Source of the DNA: Eledone cirrhosa
Taxonomy: Eukaryota
Reading direction: 5' to 3'
Length of the DNA stretch: 64,000 nt
Assembly (NCBI GenBank): GCA_964016885.1
Contig: OZ024742.1
Location: forward strand, 107,508,001 to 107,572,000
Positions 28,924-43,614 of this stretch are shown here, one piece after another. How positions within the stretch are numbered: the stretch's first letter is position 1; every line of letters begins with the position of its first letter. The position numbers and the translations under genes were made by a program. The notes under the pieces were generated by a model, which did not search any database, was not told the origin of the DNA, and was given only the letters and a program-made list of their open reading frames with translations.

Positions 28924-29005
28924 CCTTCTGACGAAAGTCCCCTTTTCAATAGAAATCCGCTTGGATTATCTGTTTATTTTGGGATTTGAAACCGCGCGGT
29001 AAAGG
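28924..29005 (+). ncRNA. Type I hammerhead with palindromic stem III
   Basis: CCUU-CUGACGA-AAGUCCC...GGGAUUU-GAAA-CCGCGCGG-UA^AAGG. Confidence 0.85.
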
Positions 29006-29077
29006 CACATATAGTAAGTACACCAAACTTTTTAAAATTGATTTTAAAACTTTTTCTTTATTTGCTAAACCTTGATT

Positions 29078-29246
29078 TTATATATATATATACGTGTATA
29101 TATATATATATATATATATATACGTGTATATATATATGTATATATATATATACGTGTATATATATATGTATATATATATACGTGTATATATATATGTATT
29201 TATATATACATGTATATATATATATATATGTATATATATATACATG

Positions 29247-29281
<35 letters not shown>

Positions 29282-29592
29282 GTATATATATATACATGTA
29301 TATATATATATATATATATATGCATATATATATATATATACATATATATATATGTATATATACATATATATATATGTAAATATATATATGTAAATATATA
29401 TATATATGTATATATATATATGTATATATATATATATGTATATATATATGTATATATATATATGTATATATATATGTATATATATATATGTATATATATA
29501 TATGTATATATATATATATGTATGTATATATATATACATATATATGTATATGTATACATATATATGTATATATATATGTATATATATACATA

Positions 29593-29645
<53 letters not shown>

Positions 29646-29668
29646 GTATATATATGTATATATATATG

Positions 29669-29699
<31 letters not shown>

Positions 29700-29808
29700 G
29701 TATATATATGTATGTATATATGTATATATGTGTATATATGTATATATATATATGTATATATATATATGTATATATATATATATGTATATATATATATGTA
29801 TATATGTA

Positions 29809-29859
<51 letters not shown>

Positions 29860-29920
29860 GTGTATATATGTATATATATATATCTATATATGTATATATA
29901 TATATATATGTGTATATATG

Positions 29921-29952
<32 letters not shown>

Positions 29953-29966
29953 TATGTGTATATATG

Positions 29967-29998
<32 letters not shown>

Positions 29999-30140
29999 TA
30001 TGTGTATGTATGTATATATATATATGTGTATATATATGTATATATATATATGTATATATATATATGTGTATATATATGTATATATATGTATATATATATG
30101 TATATATATATATATGTATATATATATGTACATATATATG

Positions 30141-30178
<38 letters not shown>

Positions 30179-30239
30179 CATATATATACATATATATATA
30201 TACATATATATATACATATATATATACATATATATACAC

Positions 30240-30270
<31 letters not shown>

Positions 30271-30626
30271 CATATATATATATACATATATATATATACA
30301 TATATATACACATATATATATACATATATATATATACATATATATACACATATATATATAATATACATATATACACATATATATACATATATACACATAT
30401 ACACATATATATACATATATACACATATATATATATATACATATATACACACATATATATACATATATACACACATATATATACATACATATATATATAT
30501 ACATATATACACACATATATATAACATATATACACCATATATATATACATACATATATATATACATATATACACACATATATATACATACATATATATAT
30601 ATACATATACACATATTCATATATAC

Positions 30627-30697
<71 letters not shown>

Positions 30698-30702
30698 TAT
30701 AT

Positions 30703-30755
<53 letters not shown>

Positions 30756-31080
30756 TATATATACATATATACATATATATATATACATATATATATGTAT
30801 ATATATATATATGTATATATATATATGTATATTATATATGTATATATGTATATATATATATATGTATATATATATATGTATATATATATATATGTATATA
30901 TATATGTATATATATATATGTATATATGTATATATGTATATGTATATATGTATATATGTATATGTATATATATATATATGTATGTATATATATATGTGTG
31001 TATATATGTATATATATATGTGTGTATATATGTATATATATATATATGTGTATATATATATGTATATATGTATATATATA
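29078..31080. repeat. 2 kb (TA)n-based compound microsatellite with internal polarity switches
   Basis: TG-interrupted to ~30150, CA-interrupted to ~30790, then TG-interrupted again. Confidence 0.95.
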
Positions 31081-31283
31081 TTTCGTTTCTGAATTTGTTT
31101 AGCAAGATTCTTTATCTGAAAACGTGTGTTGAAAGTTATACTTTGGGAGGGTCATGTTGCCAATAAGAAACACACACACCAGTTGCTTTCACTTCAATTT
31201 ATTATAATAAATTTATAAATTTAGGAATTTATAAATTTCCGGTTAGTTGGTTGGTTCCACAACCAGATGGTTGTTTATATATT

Positions 31284-31326
31284 GTCAAAGTTCTTTCGTC
31301 ACACATTCTGTGACCTCTTCAGTGAC
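31284..31326 (-). ncRNA. Minimal type I hammerhead in element 31081-31410
   Basis: GUCA-CUGAAGA-G-GUCAC agaaugu GUGAC-GAAA-G aa C-UU^UGAC. Confidence 0.8.
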
Positions 31327-31490
31327 TGGGGATTCTTTTCTTTGTTTTTTGTGCCTCTCCTTTGTTCTGTCCTACGCCATCTTGTTTTTGTGTGTGTGTT
31401 GTGTGCTTATATGTATATATATATATATATGTGAAAAAATGGGGAGAAGAATATTGCATGGTTGCACATGGATAACATGTTATAAAATGA

Positions 31491-31561
31491 GTCCCTCATC
31501 AGTGATTTACCAACGGTCATAGGTATTTCATTGCATTAAAAATCATATACCTCACGTTGGC
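31491..31561 (-). ncRNA. Non-circularly permuted hammerhead with kink-turn
   Basis: GCCAACG-UGA-GGUAUA^UGAUUU-uuaaugcaau-GAAAUACC-UAUGAC-CGUUGGU-AAAUCA-CUGAUGA-GGGAC. Confidence 0.7.
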
Positions 31562-31933
31562 GTAATAATAACTAAAATAAGTTATTAGGACAATTAAAAC
31601 GCGTAAAGCGAGTGAGACAAGTAAACAACACAGAGGAAAGCTAACCGAAGATAGGAAAGACACAAGCTACATAGCTATTCTAACAGTATAAGCTGTGTGA
31701 ATATATGAACCACCTGAGAGAACATTAGTCTACGACCTCTTTTATACCATTAACGTGGTTCTGTCTTTGCGCGTAATTGTTTTTCACCGCTTCTATTAAT
31801 GACGTATTATATTCGTTTTTTTCCGTTCTTTGCCAGCGAACGTTTCCACGAACCAAAGTATCGTCTTCCTGTCTTCCTCCGGTTGCAACGTTTTTTGAAA
31901 TATCCACTTCTGCGTTTACAGATTGACTTTGTT

Positions 31934-31984
31934 AGTTTCAGAAGATCCCGTTAAGGGTGAAAGCAGCGATTCTTTGCTTAAACT
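31934..31984 (+). ncRNA. Type I hammerhead, core mutated (CAGAAGA)
   Basis: AGUUU-CAGAAGA-UCCC guuaa GGGU-GAAA-GCA...UGC-UU^AAACU, with AATAAA ~15 nt downstream. Confidence 0.65.
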
Positions 31985-32143
31985 TTAATCTGTTATTTTA
32001 ATAAATATTTGCTCTACGGTTCTTATATATTTGATATATATTTATCCTTATCGAGCCCTCTTTGGATTTTAGTCTTCAAATTTATTATTATTACTATATA
32101 TATATATATATGTATATTTAATGTATGTGTATATGTATGTATA

Positions 32144-32318
32144 GAGGTAAAATTCCGTTAAAACGAAGACTATTATGACGAATTTTTCAGTATAACGAAA
32201 TATTTTTAAATCCCCGGCCACACGCTCAATGTGTTAAGTAGATCTCGTTATAAAGAATTTTTCGTTACAACGAATTTTTTCTATACCCCGTGAATTTCGT
32301 TATAAGGGAATTTCATTG
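32144..32318. mobile_element. Tigger/pogo-like MITE
   Basis: TA flanks, imperfect TIRs, internal (T)CGTTATAA/TATAACGA repeats. Confidence 0.6.
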
Positions 32319-33113
32319 TATTTATGTGCATAAACCGTTATTTTACCATCAAGGGCGGTGGATTGGCAGTATCAGTAGGGAGTCGGACGCCATGCTTTGC
32401 AGCATTGAGTTACGTCCCTTTACGGTCTGATTTCAAATCCTGCCGAGGTTAACTTTGCCTTTCATCCTTATGGTGTCGATAAAATGAAGTACGAGTAATG
32501 CACTGGGATAATTGCTGGCCTTGTGCCCAAAATAGAAACTTTTATTTTACCATCAATGTCCATAGTCGCAGCTAAACTAAAAACAAAGGGATGTAACTCC
32601 CAAATTCATAAAAGTATATTTTTACACAACTATGTAGAAGGAATGAGGCGGCGAATTGGCAGAGTTGTTAGAACGAGAGAGAGAGAGAGAGGTATGCCAA
32701 AAATTAATAACACGGGCGGTGACAAGGGAAAAATAAATGTACAAAAACACAAACAAACAACACATTAAAACAGGTTCATAGGTGTTAGCAATTAAAAAAT
32801 AAAATTAATGAATAACTTGGAACATTTTGCAGTTTCAGACGTCGAAGAGTGACAACTCTGTAGTTCTCTGTTTTACAGTCAGCTGCAAAATTTCGCTATA
32901 AGTTTGAACTACTCTTCTTATATAGCTATAGTATTATTGAAAAACCTACGAATATTTATAAGATGTTCCAGGGGATTTTTTTTTTGTCTCGAGGGTATCA
33001 GTATAACTTCGTGTAATCTCAGGTTTCGCGGCTCTTATGGAACGTTCTAAGTTTTCACGTCAAATTAAAGAATTTATCTACTTACGTATGTATACGCACG
33101 CGCACGCACACAC

Positions 33114-33179
<66 letters not shown>

Positions 33180-33344
33180 GTGTATAGTGGTAGCTATGGT
33201 GCTTCCATAGGCGGTATGCCAAAATAAGCACTCGATATTCATCAGAGTAGAGTGTAGATATTATAAAGAAAACGAAAAATCAGTGATGCATCTGGACTTA
33301 GTTTATTTCGTGTTACAAATGTTTCGCCATCATATAGCTCCTTT

Positions 33345-33632
33345 TGTACTGTCTCAATCCACACTGCCTGGTCATTATGTTTCACACCCTGCTCCCATAT
33401 TCCTCTCCAGAATGTCTTAGTTGTTCCGCCCCAGGGATCAAGTCGTTGCCTCTTTCTTTCCCTTCAAGCTGTCCAAACAACATCTTCTGGTTGTTGTCAA
33501 ACATGCGGTTCTGTCTATACTGACTGACTCTGCTCTCGTATCGCCTAATTTTTGCACTCTTTGCTACAATGCGTTGCTTCAGTTCCTCTATGATAATATC
33601 TAGCTTTTTCCTCCTAGTTTTGTACTTTATAG
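33345..33632 (-). mobile_element. R4/Dong-clade non-LTR retrotransposon fragment (region N-terminal to RT)
   Basis: LKQRIVAKSAKIRRYESRVSQYRQNRMFDNNQK motif. Confidence 0.7.
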
Positions 33633-33705
33633 CTACATGTCGGCGAAACATTTGTAACACGAAATAAACTAAGTCCAGATGCATCACTGATTTTTCGTTT
33701 TCTTT

Positions 33706-33788
<83 letters not shown>

Positions 33789-33978
33789 ATACTTTGGGAG
33801 GGTCATGTTGCCAAACAAATTCAGAAACGAAATATATATATATAGTTATGTAATAAACAACATAAGATAATTATTTCATTTACCAATGGTTTCTTGAAGG
33901 CAGATACTTATGTCTGTCTTCATTCACCAGAAAGAATATTTATTATATATTATAACATATTTACACACACATACACAT

Positions 33979-34058
<80 letters not shown>

Positions 34059-34548
34059 GAACTTATGAACGAAAGGTGGGTGCGTGCATCGTTTGTATGA
34101 GTGAATTATATCGTTATTTATTTATCTAACACAATTACTTCATCCAGCCCCCCCCCCCCCCGCAAAATCCTTAAAAGGTACAAAAATAAATAAACAACGA
34201 AAGAATCTGTAAGGGGAGATAACACATAACTTGATCAGGTCAACTGCTTTGTTTACGAATTGTTTTATAACAGGATCAGAAGCGTTTATTTACTCTAGCA
34301 TAGATTTACTTAGTCAGAGCTAGGCTGGTGTGTGTCAAGAGATTATCCAAGCAATAAAATTTAGTGAAGTCTATCTGATTTAACACGCACTCGATTCAAG
34401 TATTGGAATTAATTATTTTTCATCCTCAGTGTACTAAACTAAAAAAAACAAAAAAAAAAAACTCATGAAGCCAAGGGAAATAACTCATATATACAGACAA
34501 GCTTTATTCTTGGCCTTGAAATAAGCTGTATTATACATTGTAATTTAG

Positions 34549-34810
34549 ATGACAGCAAAATTCTTGTCATCACTGGCGGCTCACCTTACTGAGGTGTCAG
34601 GTGATGTTCGTGAGGGTGCTTGGTTATTTTAGCGCCTTAGCCTCGCCATCGCCCGTGGTAATGCTGCGAGCCTCAAAGTGTCTAGTTAATCGCTAAGATG
34701 TGATGTACGGCCGATTGTCGCACTTGGTGGTGAATTGCCCTCCGCTCTTTTTCTTTAGCATTATTGTTCAATGAGTTATATAAATGCTATTTTCAAAGTA
34801 AATAAAAGTT
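34549..34810 (+). mobile_element. CRE-like retrotransposon 3' end (restriction-like endonuclease C-terminus plus UTR)
   Basis: FLSSLAAHLTEVSGDVREGAWLF*RLSLAIARGNAASL, then AATAAA at 34801. Confidence 0.7.
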
Positions 34811-36842
34811 ATACAGCTGAACTTAGAAAACTACAAATGCAAAGATACACGAGTGTTGATTATATGGATCGAGGATTGATGAAAAGTAGGATTTGAACTT
34901 AGGACATAATGTTGTTACAAGAAGTTTGGTCTGGTACTCTAGCAATTCTGCTATCTACCGACTTGACTACAACTGCAACAACAACAACAACAACAACTAC
35001 TACTACTACTACTACCAACAGGCTGAAAGGCAAAGTTGACCTCGTGGGATTTAAACTCAGAGTGTAAAGAAACGAAACATATACCACTACTCACTTGTCC
35101 GATGCTTTAACGACTCTGCCAATACACTCACCGATAATAATAACATTAAGGATTTCTTTATTAACCACTAAAGGTTCACGCGACGAGAATTTTAAGTACG
35201 ACACAGGACAAAACATTGTTTGTGCGTGTGTGTGTGTTGTGTTTGTGTGTGTGTGTGTACGCATGCGCATGTGAGTGTGTGGGTTTTGCGTTTAAACAGG
35301 TACGGGAAAAAAAAAAGAAGGTAACTATAAAATTATAAAGAAAATTCCCCAATACTTCCGAGGTCCACTCGTGCAAACCCTCCACAAAAGCCATGGTTAT
35401 CCTGACCGCTATGGCACGTGCTATCTTCCAGTTCTTCTGCTCCGATTTACAGATATATACTTATGGTAGGCCTCTCACCCGGTCCATGCTCGTCACTCTA
35501 GTTCATATTTCAACAAAATAGTTGGAAGGTAACATTTCCCTCTCCACCCCGATTTTCCTCTTCAATTGAAACTTGAAAAGGTTAATAAAAGCTTGATAAA
35601 AGAAGAAAGTGTCTGTCTTCAGCCCTTTCATTTGCGCTCACTGCACAGCCTCATTTGCCATGCCACCAGGCCATGAAAATGCACCGAGTACACGCTGTAG
35701 AGTGGTTGGTGATAGGAAGGACATCCCACTGTAGAAACTAGACAGAAAAGGATCGAGTAGACTCTTCCGTTGTGTCAACGGCGCAACAAACTGTCTTATG
35801 TTTGGCCATTTACACGATAAACGCATCCAGTACATGCTGTAAGTGGATGGTGATAGGAAGGGAATCCAGTCGTAGAAAGCTTGTCAAACAAAGGGTCAGG
35901 AGGGATCTTCAGTTGTGTCAAATACATGACAATCTCCCAAAGACCCCAAAGTCGGAAAAAAGTTGACAGCTACGCCTTTAGGACTCACACACGCCATATG
36001 CTGGACTGCTGCGATCCCATTACACCAACGTATGGCTTAACACCTGTCATTTTAAAGCTTTATCTATTGGACAATGGATGTAAATAATCGATCGTATTTA
36101 CGAAGCGTTGAGCAAATTAGGCTTTTTGACTATGAAAAATAGTTTAACAAAATGAGAATATAAGCCCCCAGAGACGGAAAAAAGTGGACAACATCGCCTG
36201 TGAAAATCAAACTCACCCCACTGTATGCGGACGGCTGCACCACCAAAGCATGACTGGCTGCTTACCCGCAGGCAGCTTGTTTGACTACTTTTCATAGCCA
36301 AAAAACTTGCGTTGAAACAGCTTACTTTAAACTAACATACTTTCAAAAATTCATAACTTGTTGAACGCTTTTTAAGTACAATTGATTATGTGTATGTGTC
36401 TCCCCCTCCCTCTGTATATATAAACATAGAGTGCTCAACCGGCATACCGCCTATGGACGCATCCAAGCAACCTTACTACAAATTATATATGTATATATCG
36501 TTCTCTCTGTTTCCCTCACCTTCTTTCGCCCCCTCTGTCAGTTACACTTTCTCTCGACTGACCTCTTCCTCGCACTTCCACTCACTCACTCTCTGTTTCT
36601 CCCCTTCTCACTTCTTCCCGTTCGTTAGTAGTGGGATTCTTTCTTTCTCACATCTCATTCACGTCGGACGGTCTGTTTTCTGACCGCTCATGAAATTCAC
36701 CCAGCTTATGTTGATCGGATAACCATCATGTTGCTTGCTTTTTTCCTACCTTCGGTTTGCTTTTCCTTCTATGTTGTTTACTTGTCTCACTCGCTTTACG
36801 CGATTCACTTGTCCCAATAGCTTATTTTAGTTATTGCTCGCA

Positions 36843-36912
36843 CCAACCTGAGGTATATGATTTTTAATGCAATGAAATACCAATGATGGTTGGCAAATCA
36901 CTGAAAAGGGAC
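36843..36912 (+). ncRNA. Second, diverged copy of the permuted kink-turn hammerhead (core CUGAAAA, probably inactive)
   Basis: CCAACC-UGA-GGUAUA^UGAUUU-uuaaugcaau-GAAAUACC-AAUGAU-GGUUGG-C-AAAUCA-CUGAAAA-GGGAC; ~36690-36980 is homologous to 31420-31715. Confidence 0.65.
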
Positions 36913-36971
36913 TAATTTTATAATATGTAACCCATGTGCAACCACGCAGTTTACCTCTTTCTTCCCATGTT

Positions 36972-37070
<99 letters not shown>

Positions 37071-37140
37071 GAAAAAGAGATGAAATCGAAAATGCAACTG
37101 AAGTCTTATTTAAAAAAAAAATATATATATTTATTTGGTT

Positions 37141-37178
37141 CCTTTACCGGTTTCGCAGTTCTTCTGCTTTTCAAAAGG
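37141..37178 (-). ncRNA. Minimal type I hammerhead, U3-A8 core, palindromic stem III
   Basis: CCUU-UUGAAAA-GCAG aagaa CUGC-GAAA-CCGG-UA^AAGG, followed by AATAAA. Confidence 0.8.
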
Positions 37179-37353
37179 TGAGTTGAGATGGAGGGTCTGT
37201 GGTTTTTCTCACATCATTTTGTAAAAAAAACCTCACTTTCTAATATATATATATATATAAGTATATAAGTTAAAACAAAAAACAAAAACAATAACGAAGA
37301 ATGCAGTACAAAGTGTTAGTATTAGGTTTACACTTGAGAGTGGAGGTGGGGGA

Positions 37354-37383
37354 CGACGTTTCGGGCATACGCCCTTCATCAGG
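37354..37383 (-). ncRNA. Minimal hammerhead at the 3' end of the Penelope-like element
   Basis: C-CUGAUGA-A-GGGC guau GCCC-GAAAC-GUC^G; stem I reduced to 1 bp. Confidence 0.7.
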
Positions 37384-38593
37384 AGAAAAGTGGGAAGGAA
37401 AAGTGTGAGGGGAAGTGGTGGAAAGACATTAAAAGGGGGTGGATTAAGGGGAAGGGAAACAAATTCAAAAGAGGGTAATATTAAAATGAAACAAGTGGTG
37501 AAAGGGTGAGGCGTGTGGCGGTGATGGGTGGATGGAGGGGGGGGGGAAGGAAACAGGGAGTTCGAGCGGGGAGGGAGGAAGGTGGTGTGTGTGTGTATGT
37601 GTGTAGGTGTACGTGTGGATGTGAATGTGAGAGTTTGGGGAAGAACGAGGTTCCATGTTCGGGTAATAGGAAAACCAGTGTGTACATGAGGTGGGGGTGT
37701 AAGTCAGTGTGTGTGCGCGCGTGTGGATGGAGAGGGGTCAGAGGGGTGGAGGAGAGGGGGCGTGCGGAGTCCGGAGGCCGAGTATGTGTATGTGAGGATA
37801 CGCACGTGTGTGTGTGTGTGTTTTTGTGTGGTGTGGATACGTGGGAACGTATGGTTGCGTGTGTGTGAAAATAGTGTAAGTGTTTGTGTGTGTGTGTGTT
37901 CCTGAATGTTTTCCCACATATGTGTGTGGAGGTGCGGTGGACAGGAGAGAGGTGGGTATGTGTGAAAGGTTGAGGGAGAGGGTAGTGGGGTGTGTGTGGG
38001 GGTTTGTTTGTATATTAGTGGAGCTGTTAGTGGGATGTGTGTGTGTGTGTGTAGTGGGGGGTGTGTGTGTTGGTAGTATGGGGGGAGAGAGAGAAGGTGC
38101 TGGGGACAGTATGAGTGAGTGTAATGTACTGGTGTGTGTGCGTGTTTGGGTACGATTGTGTGTGTGGTAGGGTGGGTGTTAGTATTATTAGTGGTGGTGG
38201 TGGTGGTGGTGGTGGGAGGATACGGGTGTGTGGGTGGGGGTTAGTGGTGGTAGTGTGGGTATGGAGTGGGTGGTGTATCGGTGTGTACGTGGGTGTGTGT
38301 TCGTGTGTGTGTGTGATGAGGGGAAGGTGGGTTGGGGGGATGTTTAGTATTATTAATGGTGGGGTGTTCATATGGGTGGGGGTTACGGTGGTAGTAGGGT
38401 GCGTGAATAGTGTGAGTGAGTGTATACATGTCTTGGTGTGTGTGTGGGTGCGCATGTGATAGGGGGAGGGGGTGGGGCTGTTCGTATTATTAATTGTGGG
38501 GTGGGCCAAGGGGCTGGAAGTGGAGGAGATGGTGAATCTTGGAAGTGTTTTAGTGGTGTTAGTAGGGTGTGTGTGTAGGGAGGGGGTCTAAGG

Positions 38594-40550
38594 CTAAAGG
38601 AAAAGGGGTGGAGAGTTCAGGCCGGGAGGTGTGTGGGTCTGTAGGGTGAAGATGGTGTGTTGTTCGACCCTATGGCGGGTTGCGAGGGTCCCATGGCATT
38701 CGATCAGGCCACAGACGGTGAGGTTGTAGGCAGAATGTCCAGGGGAACAAAAGTGGCGGGCGATAGGGGAACTCCCTCCGAGACGAATATCTCGGAGGGG
38801 CTCCGTGAACTGATCCGCCAGGCAACGTCCGGTCTGTTCGACATAGGTTGCAGTGCAGCGGAAGGCATGCCGGACAGAGAGAGAGAGAGAGTGGCTGTTG
38901 GGACTCTGGAAGGTGGTGGTGTTGGTAATGTGGGGGCAGGTGTAGCAGCGGGGTCTGGAGCAGGGAAGTGAACCGGGGGAGGGACAGGGGTTGAGGGTAG
39001 GGAGCTGCGGACGAGGAGGTTGAGGAGGTTGCGCGCGCGTTTGAAGGAGAAGCGAGGTGGGGATGGGAAGATTGAGGAAGTGGAAGGGTCGGACTGGAGG
39101 CGTCAGAAGAGGCGGAGGATGGTGCGGTGGAAGGGTAGGGTGGAGAGGTGGTAGGTGAGGGGGAAGAGGAGACAGTGGGTGAGGGCGCGGGGGCATGGAC
39201 TGAGGGCGGCGGACTGAGCCGACACGGGTGAGGGTGGTGTGGACGTGGGAGGGGGAGGTAACCTCTCCGGATGAAATGGCTGACCAGAGACAGGGTCTGA
39301 ATCTCGAAGTCAGTATCTCGGCTGCAGAGGCGGCGGATCCGGAGGAGTTGGGAGTAGGGAATGGAGTGTTTGGTGTGTGTAGGGTGGGAGGAGGTCAAGT
39401 CGAGGTAGGTGTGGGAGTCGGTGGGTTTGAAGAAGGCAGAGGTGCGAGGGAGCGGTGGGAGGGGTCGATGACGACGGAGATGTTCAAGAAGTGGTGGAGA
39501 TGGGTGGTGGAGATAGAGGTGGTGAAGTGGAGGGAGGGGTGGAAGGAGCAGAAGAAGGAGACAAAGGAGTGGAGCTGTTCTCGGGTGAGGGTCGTGTCTC
39601 CTATGCAGTCGTTGATGTACCGACCGTACAGTTCGGGCGTGGGGCCGGTGTACTGGACAAAGATTTGGGCCTCAACATGGCCAACGAAAAGGTTGGCATA
39701 GTTGGGGCCCATTCTTGTGCCCATGGCTACCCCAGTGACCTTCTGGTAAAATTCACCCGAGAAGGAGAATCAGTTAAGGGTGAGGACCAGCTCGGCGAGG
39801 TGAAGGAGGGTGGGGGGGGGAGGGACGGGGGAGGGGCGAAGGTCGAGGTAGTGCCGGAGGGCGTGTAGGCCGTCGGCGTGGGGGATGACGGTGTAAAAGG
39901 ACTTAATGTCTAGGGTGAAGAGGAGAGGGCGTGGGCCGGGTGGGAAGGTGAGGGAGTCAAACAGGCGAAGGGCATGGTTGGTGTCGGAGATGTGAGAGGG
40001 GAGGGCGATGACGAGGAGGGCGAGGATGGAGTCGAGAAAGGCGGAGATGAGTTCAGTGGGGCAGTTGCAGGTGGATTTAATGGGGTGGCCTGGGTTGTCG
40101 GGTTTGTGGATCTTGGGGAGGAAGTAGATGGCGGGGGTGCAGGAGTGCCGACGATGAGATGGGAGGCGGTGGGAAGGAGGAGGAGATGAGGTGTTGGATG
40201 GTGGAGGAAACTTGTTGGAAGAGGTGGGTGGAGTGGGCAGGTAGCGGGCAGTAGAAAAGGGGGTTATGGAGCTGTCTGAGGGCTTCGGCCGTGTAGAGGT
40301 CGGCGCGTCACACCACCACGGCGCCGCCCTTGTCCGCGGTTACGGAGGGAGCGGAGAGCGAGGAGTTCGACCTGTGAGATGTTATTCCGTTTGGAGAGGT
40401 GGCAGAAGTCGAAGCGATTTACTGCGCTACGACAGGCGTCAACGAACGCGTCCAGGGTGCTAAATTGCCCGGGTGCCGGCGTCCAAGAAGATAGTCGTCG
40501 GCCCAGGGCAAGAAAGCGGTCTGGGGCGTAGAAGTGTGCCTGTAGCTTGG
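38594..40550 (-). pseudogene. Frameshifted PLE RT/GIY-YIG ORF
   Basis: [86 protein letters not shown]...IARHF...PPGLN. Confidence 0.9.
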
Positions 40551-40611
40551 TGCGTATATATGTATACACACACACACACATACATACACACACACACACA
40601 TATATATATAT

Positions 40612-41290
<679 letters not shown>

Positions 41291-41308
41291 ATATGTATAT
41301 ACATATAC

Positions 41309-41339
<31 letters not shown>

Positions 41340-41405
41340 CATATACATATACATATATATATACATATACATATATATATACATATACATATATATATAT
41401 ATAAA

Positions 41406-42792
<1,387 letters not shown>

Positions 42793-43110
42793 GGCATGTA
42801 TTGAGTTACAAACTCAAAATAGTCTCATTACAGTAAATTAGCTCTAAGAAAGAGGTTTTTCGAGCCGTATAGTATAACTGAACATGTAGCTCGAGTCATG
42901 GTCCTTGTATGGATCTGGCTGATTCTACTTCTGCGGGTTCTTTCAGACACGGGTGTTACGTCCGGGGCAAATTTTATCACGAAATAAACTAAGTCCAGAT
43001 GCATCACTGATTTTTTGTTTTCTCTATAATATCTACATTCTACTGTGATGAATATCGAGTGCTAATTTTGGCATACCACCTATGGAAGCACCATAGCTAC
43101 CACTATACAC

Positions 43111-43178
<68 letters not shown>

Positions 43179-43614
43179 TGGAATTGAAATCTAAATTTAA
43201 TCCCAAAGAGGAGAAATCGGAACATTATTCTCTGAAAGTTCCTTATACTCTAAAGAAGGGAATTTCCAAAATATTAGGACGAAAGAAGAAAAACCCAAAA
43301 ACAAAAAAAACCCAAAGACAAACAAACAAAAAACAACAACAAACAAACAAGCAGACAAACAACAAAACAAACAAAACAAAACAAAGATTACCAGGTAACT
43401 TACCTTTTCGTTACCTCATCTTACCGTCCATTTTGCATTGTTTAGCCCTATATCTTCTTCCACATTATATATCATATACAATGCTTTAAGCAAACTGCAA
43501 CATTTTATTATATATATATATAAGCAAAAGAGATATTCAATTTGTTGGTAATTCAACAAATAAAAAGGATTATAACTGATTCAGAACACTCGACAAGTTT
43601 TCTGGAGTATAATA

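Larger units (their letters stand above)
37300..40550 (-). mobile_element. Penelope-like retroelement, Neptune-type, 5'-truncated
   Basis: RT plus Cys-linker plus C-terminal GIY-YIG remnants, ~1.2 kb C/A-rich low-complexity 3' region, terminal HHR. Confidence 0.9.

Noticed and set aside
24709-31166. Very long ORFs (up to 814 aa) of Y/I/M/V/C/H/T
   Set aside because: Translations of TA/TG/CA microsatellites that simply lack stop codons
32830-32895. TTTTGCAG...CTGCAAAA hairpin with GAAAC on the minus strand
   Set aside because: No CUGANGA or UUGANAA core and no UH cleavage site in register
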